A stretch of 64,000 nucleotides of DNA, from positions 1,805-65,804 of the forward strand of contig CAMUJH010000015.1 of assembly GCA_947089145.1 (NCBI GenBank), written 5' to 3'. This document shows positions 62,281-64,000 of the stretch, in pieces. The position numbers and the translations under genes are program-made. The DNA is from an uncultured Hungatella sp. GTDB taxonomy: Bacteria; Bacillota; Clostridia; Lachnospirales; Lachnospiraceae. Within the stretch, counting starts at the first letter, position 1, and every line of letters starts with the position of its first letter. The notes beneath the pieces are model-generated. The model saw nothing but the letters and a program-made list of their open reading frames with translations. It had not been told where the DNA came from and ran no database searches.

Positions 62281-64000
62281 ATGCAAAAGCTAAAAGAAGA
62301 TGAAAAAAGCAAAGTAAAAAACTTAAAAAGTTGGGTTGCAGACAGATCTGGGGATTTAAAGGATCGGTTCGGGAAACTAAAAAAGAAAATAGATGACAAG
62401 AACAACAACCGAGGCTGGCATGATTTCGCCCAAATGCTGATGAATATGGCCACGGTGGCTGCCTACTGCACCATAAGCCTAGCCTTTGCCGAGTACCAGA
62501 AGACAGAGTGGTTCTACCTTTTTTCCATAGCCGTCATCCTGATTTTTGGAGGCCTTTCCATTTGGGACTTAGTCTGTCTGCTGGGATGGGAAAAACTGAG
62601 GAGCATTTTTGTAAAGCCATGGAACGGCATAAAAACCATGTTTCATTGGATGAAAAAGGCATATCCCAAGCTCCGGCTTGTCCTTCCGGCGATGGCCGTC
62701 CTAATTGGCTTTACAGTCTACAACTATCACAACACAGAATACTACAGAAACGTGGCCGAAGTCTTTGGAATCCCCATAGGGGTAGGGGAACCTTTGTCTG
62801 CGGCGGAACGGCAGAACTGTGCCGGATATTGGAAGATCCAAAACTATCCCATAAAGAGCAGGGTGGAGCTGGAGTACCAGGAATCTTATGGACAGATGAA
62901 GGTTATGAGGGAGTATTCCACCTTGTACGGAATGGGGATATTTCAGCCAGCATCCCGGATCGTCTGCTGCTACAGAAAAGGGGAGAGGGATAAATACCGC
63001 AGCTACGGCCGGGAACATTTCATGACAGCCAGGGGTCATGGCTTTAAGGAGCCGGTAAAGACCTCCTATTATGGGGACGATGACAGTTTGGTTCTGGAAC
63101 TGAAGCGAGTGGGAGATGAGGATGCCTTTCAAATCACAGCTTATTCATCAGAAGATATGCCCCAGCTTTTAAATTCCACCCTGCTTAGGATTCCCCAGGG
63201 AGAAAGCGGTTCCAGAGGGATTCTGTCCCAGAAGATCGAGATCTCTTATAATGAAAAAGGGCTGCCAAAGACCTGCAGATTAAGCGGGCAGGCATGCAAT
63301 TTGTACGGCGTCAATGGGGAGGCGTACAGCTACGATCAGAATAACCGGATCACGTCCCTCTATTATCTTGACATGAACGGAGAGCCGGTATGCAGCAGGA
63401 TGGGCGTCATGATGACGGCTTTCAGCTATGACGAGAAGGACAATGTTCAGAGCATCCGCTACTATAGCGACGAGGAAGGACAGAAAAAGACAGAGGGATT
63501 TTACGGGGTGTTCTGTGAAAAATTTCAGTATGACGCATACGGGAACCTGACGGAGCGCAGGCAGCTGGGGCGCAGCGAAAACCGGCAGGACGATGAGAAT
63601 GGAGTCTGTATTTATCAGTATTCCTATGACGGCCCCAGACTGACGGGAGAACGGTTTTTTAACTATGACAGGGAGGCAGCGGAACACAAAGGGCTTCTCA
63701 GCAGTTATGCAGGATTCGAAAGCAAGGCGGAATATGGCCGGATCAAGCTGAAGATTACCCTGGATCTGGTGGAGCGAAAGGAAGAAGATGGGCAGGACGG
63801 GGGGCAGGAGGAAAGGCTGAGAACGGATCTGGAGACAGAGCAAAAAAACGATGGAGAAGGGGAGGGCTGGGAAGCAGAAGGGGAAAAACGGATCGAATTA
63901 AAACTTAAAGAAGAAAGCATTGAGGCAATGGATCAGAGCGGGGATTTAGTTTCCAGCCAGGCGGCTGAAGAAAACTTTGAAGACGAGAAGGCCCGCAGGT
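62281..64000 (+). CDS. Large membrane-anchored YD-repeat protein, partial (absent from the ORF track)
   Basis: No stop from ATG 62281 (GGGAG RBS) to the window end; about 3 N-terminal hydrophobic segments; repeats YSYDQNNRITSLYY, FSYDEKDNVQSIRYY, FQYDAYGNLTE, YSYDGPRLTGE. Confidence 0.85.
   Translation, partial: MQKLKEDEKSKVKNLKSWVADRSGDLKDRFGKLKKKIDDKNNNRGWHDFAQMLMNMATVAAYCTISLAFAEYQKTEWFYLFSIAVILIFGGLSIWDLVCLLGWEKLRSIFVKPWNGIKTMFHWMKKAYPKLRLVLPAMAVLIGFTVYNYHNTEYYRNVAEVFGIPIGVGEPLSAAERQNCAGYWKIQNYPIKSRVELEYQESYGQMKVMREYSTLYGMGIFQPASRIVCCYRKGERDKYRSYGREHFMTARGHGFKEPVKTSYYGDDDSLVLELKRVGDEDAFQITAYSSEDMPQLLNSTLLRIPQGESGSRGILSQKIEISYNEKGLPKTCRLSGQACNLYGVNGEAYSYDQNNRITSLYYLDMNGEPVCSRMGVMMTAFSYDEKDNVQSIRYYSDEEGQKKTEGFYGVFCEKFQYDAYGNLTERRQLGRSENRQDDENGVCIYQYSYDGPRLTGERFFNYDREAAEHKGLLSSYAGFESKAEYGRIKLKITLDLVERKEEDGQDGGQEERLRTDLETEQKNDGEGEGWEAEGEKRIELKLKEESIEAMDQSGDLVSSQAAEENFEDEKARR

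Noticed and set aside
62508-63843. ORF-track calls 62508-62993, 62701-63132 and 63280-63843
   Set aside because: They overlap the real unterminated ORF starting at 62281

Overview
64 kb of a Clostridia chromosome, most likely a Lachnospiraceae-type gut anaerobe (inferred from dapL, a sleC-type cortex lytic enzyme, rubredoxin and a glnA-ANTAR pair). In order: a MATE gene end, an aldo/keto reductase remnant and a Fic/HTH pair; a glycosaminoglycan utilisation cluster (mannose-type PTS, GH88, heparinase II/III, LacI); rubredoxin (missed by the ORF track); aconitase-citrate synthase-IDH behind a leader terminator; a hemerythrin-CheX-like-REC protein; an orphan flagellin carrying an HEXXH metallopeptidase insert (flagellinolysin type), followed by an 8-Cys Zn-ribbon gene; cadC-cadA, ugd, aat; an AT-rich, LoaP-headed polysaccharide island with a pneumococcal-teichoic-acid-like gene set (amino-sugar aminotransferase, LicD, LicC-LicA, TagF-like) and an unusual TarI/IspD-DJ-1 fusion; glnA-ANTAR-dapF-dapL; a GC-rich tandem repeat plus a 24-bp palindrome; sporulation amidase/SleC; a beta-glucoside cluster whose PTS IIC has a stop at codon 4; a decayed DUF4062/IS256/epimerase island; and the 5' part of a membrane-anchored YD-repeat gene (missed by the ORF track). 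No rRNA, tRNA or CRISPR array was seen. All family calls come from reading motifs by eye, not from database searches.
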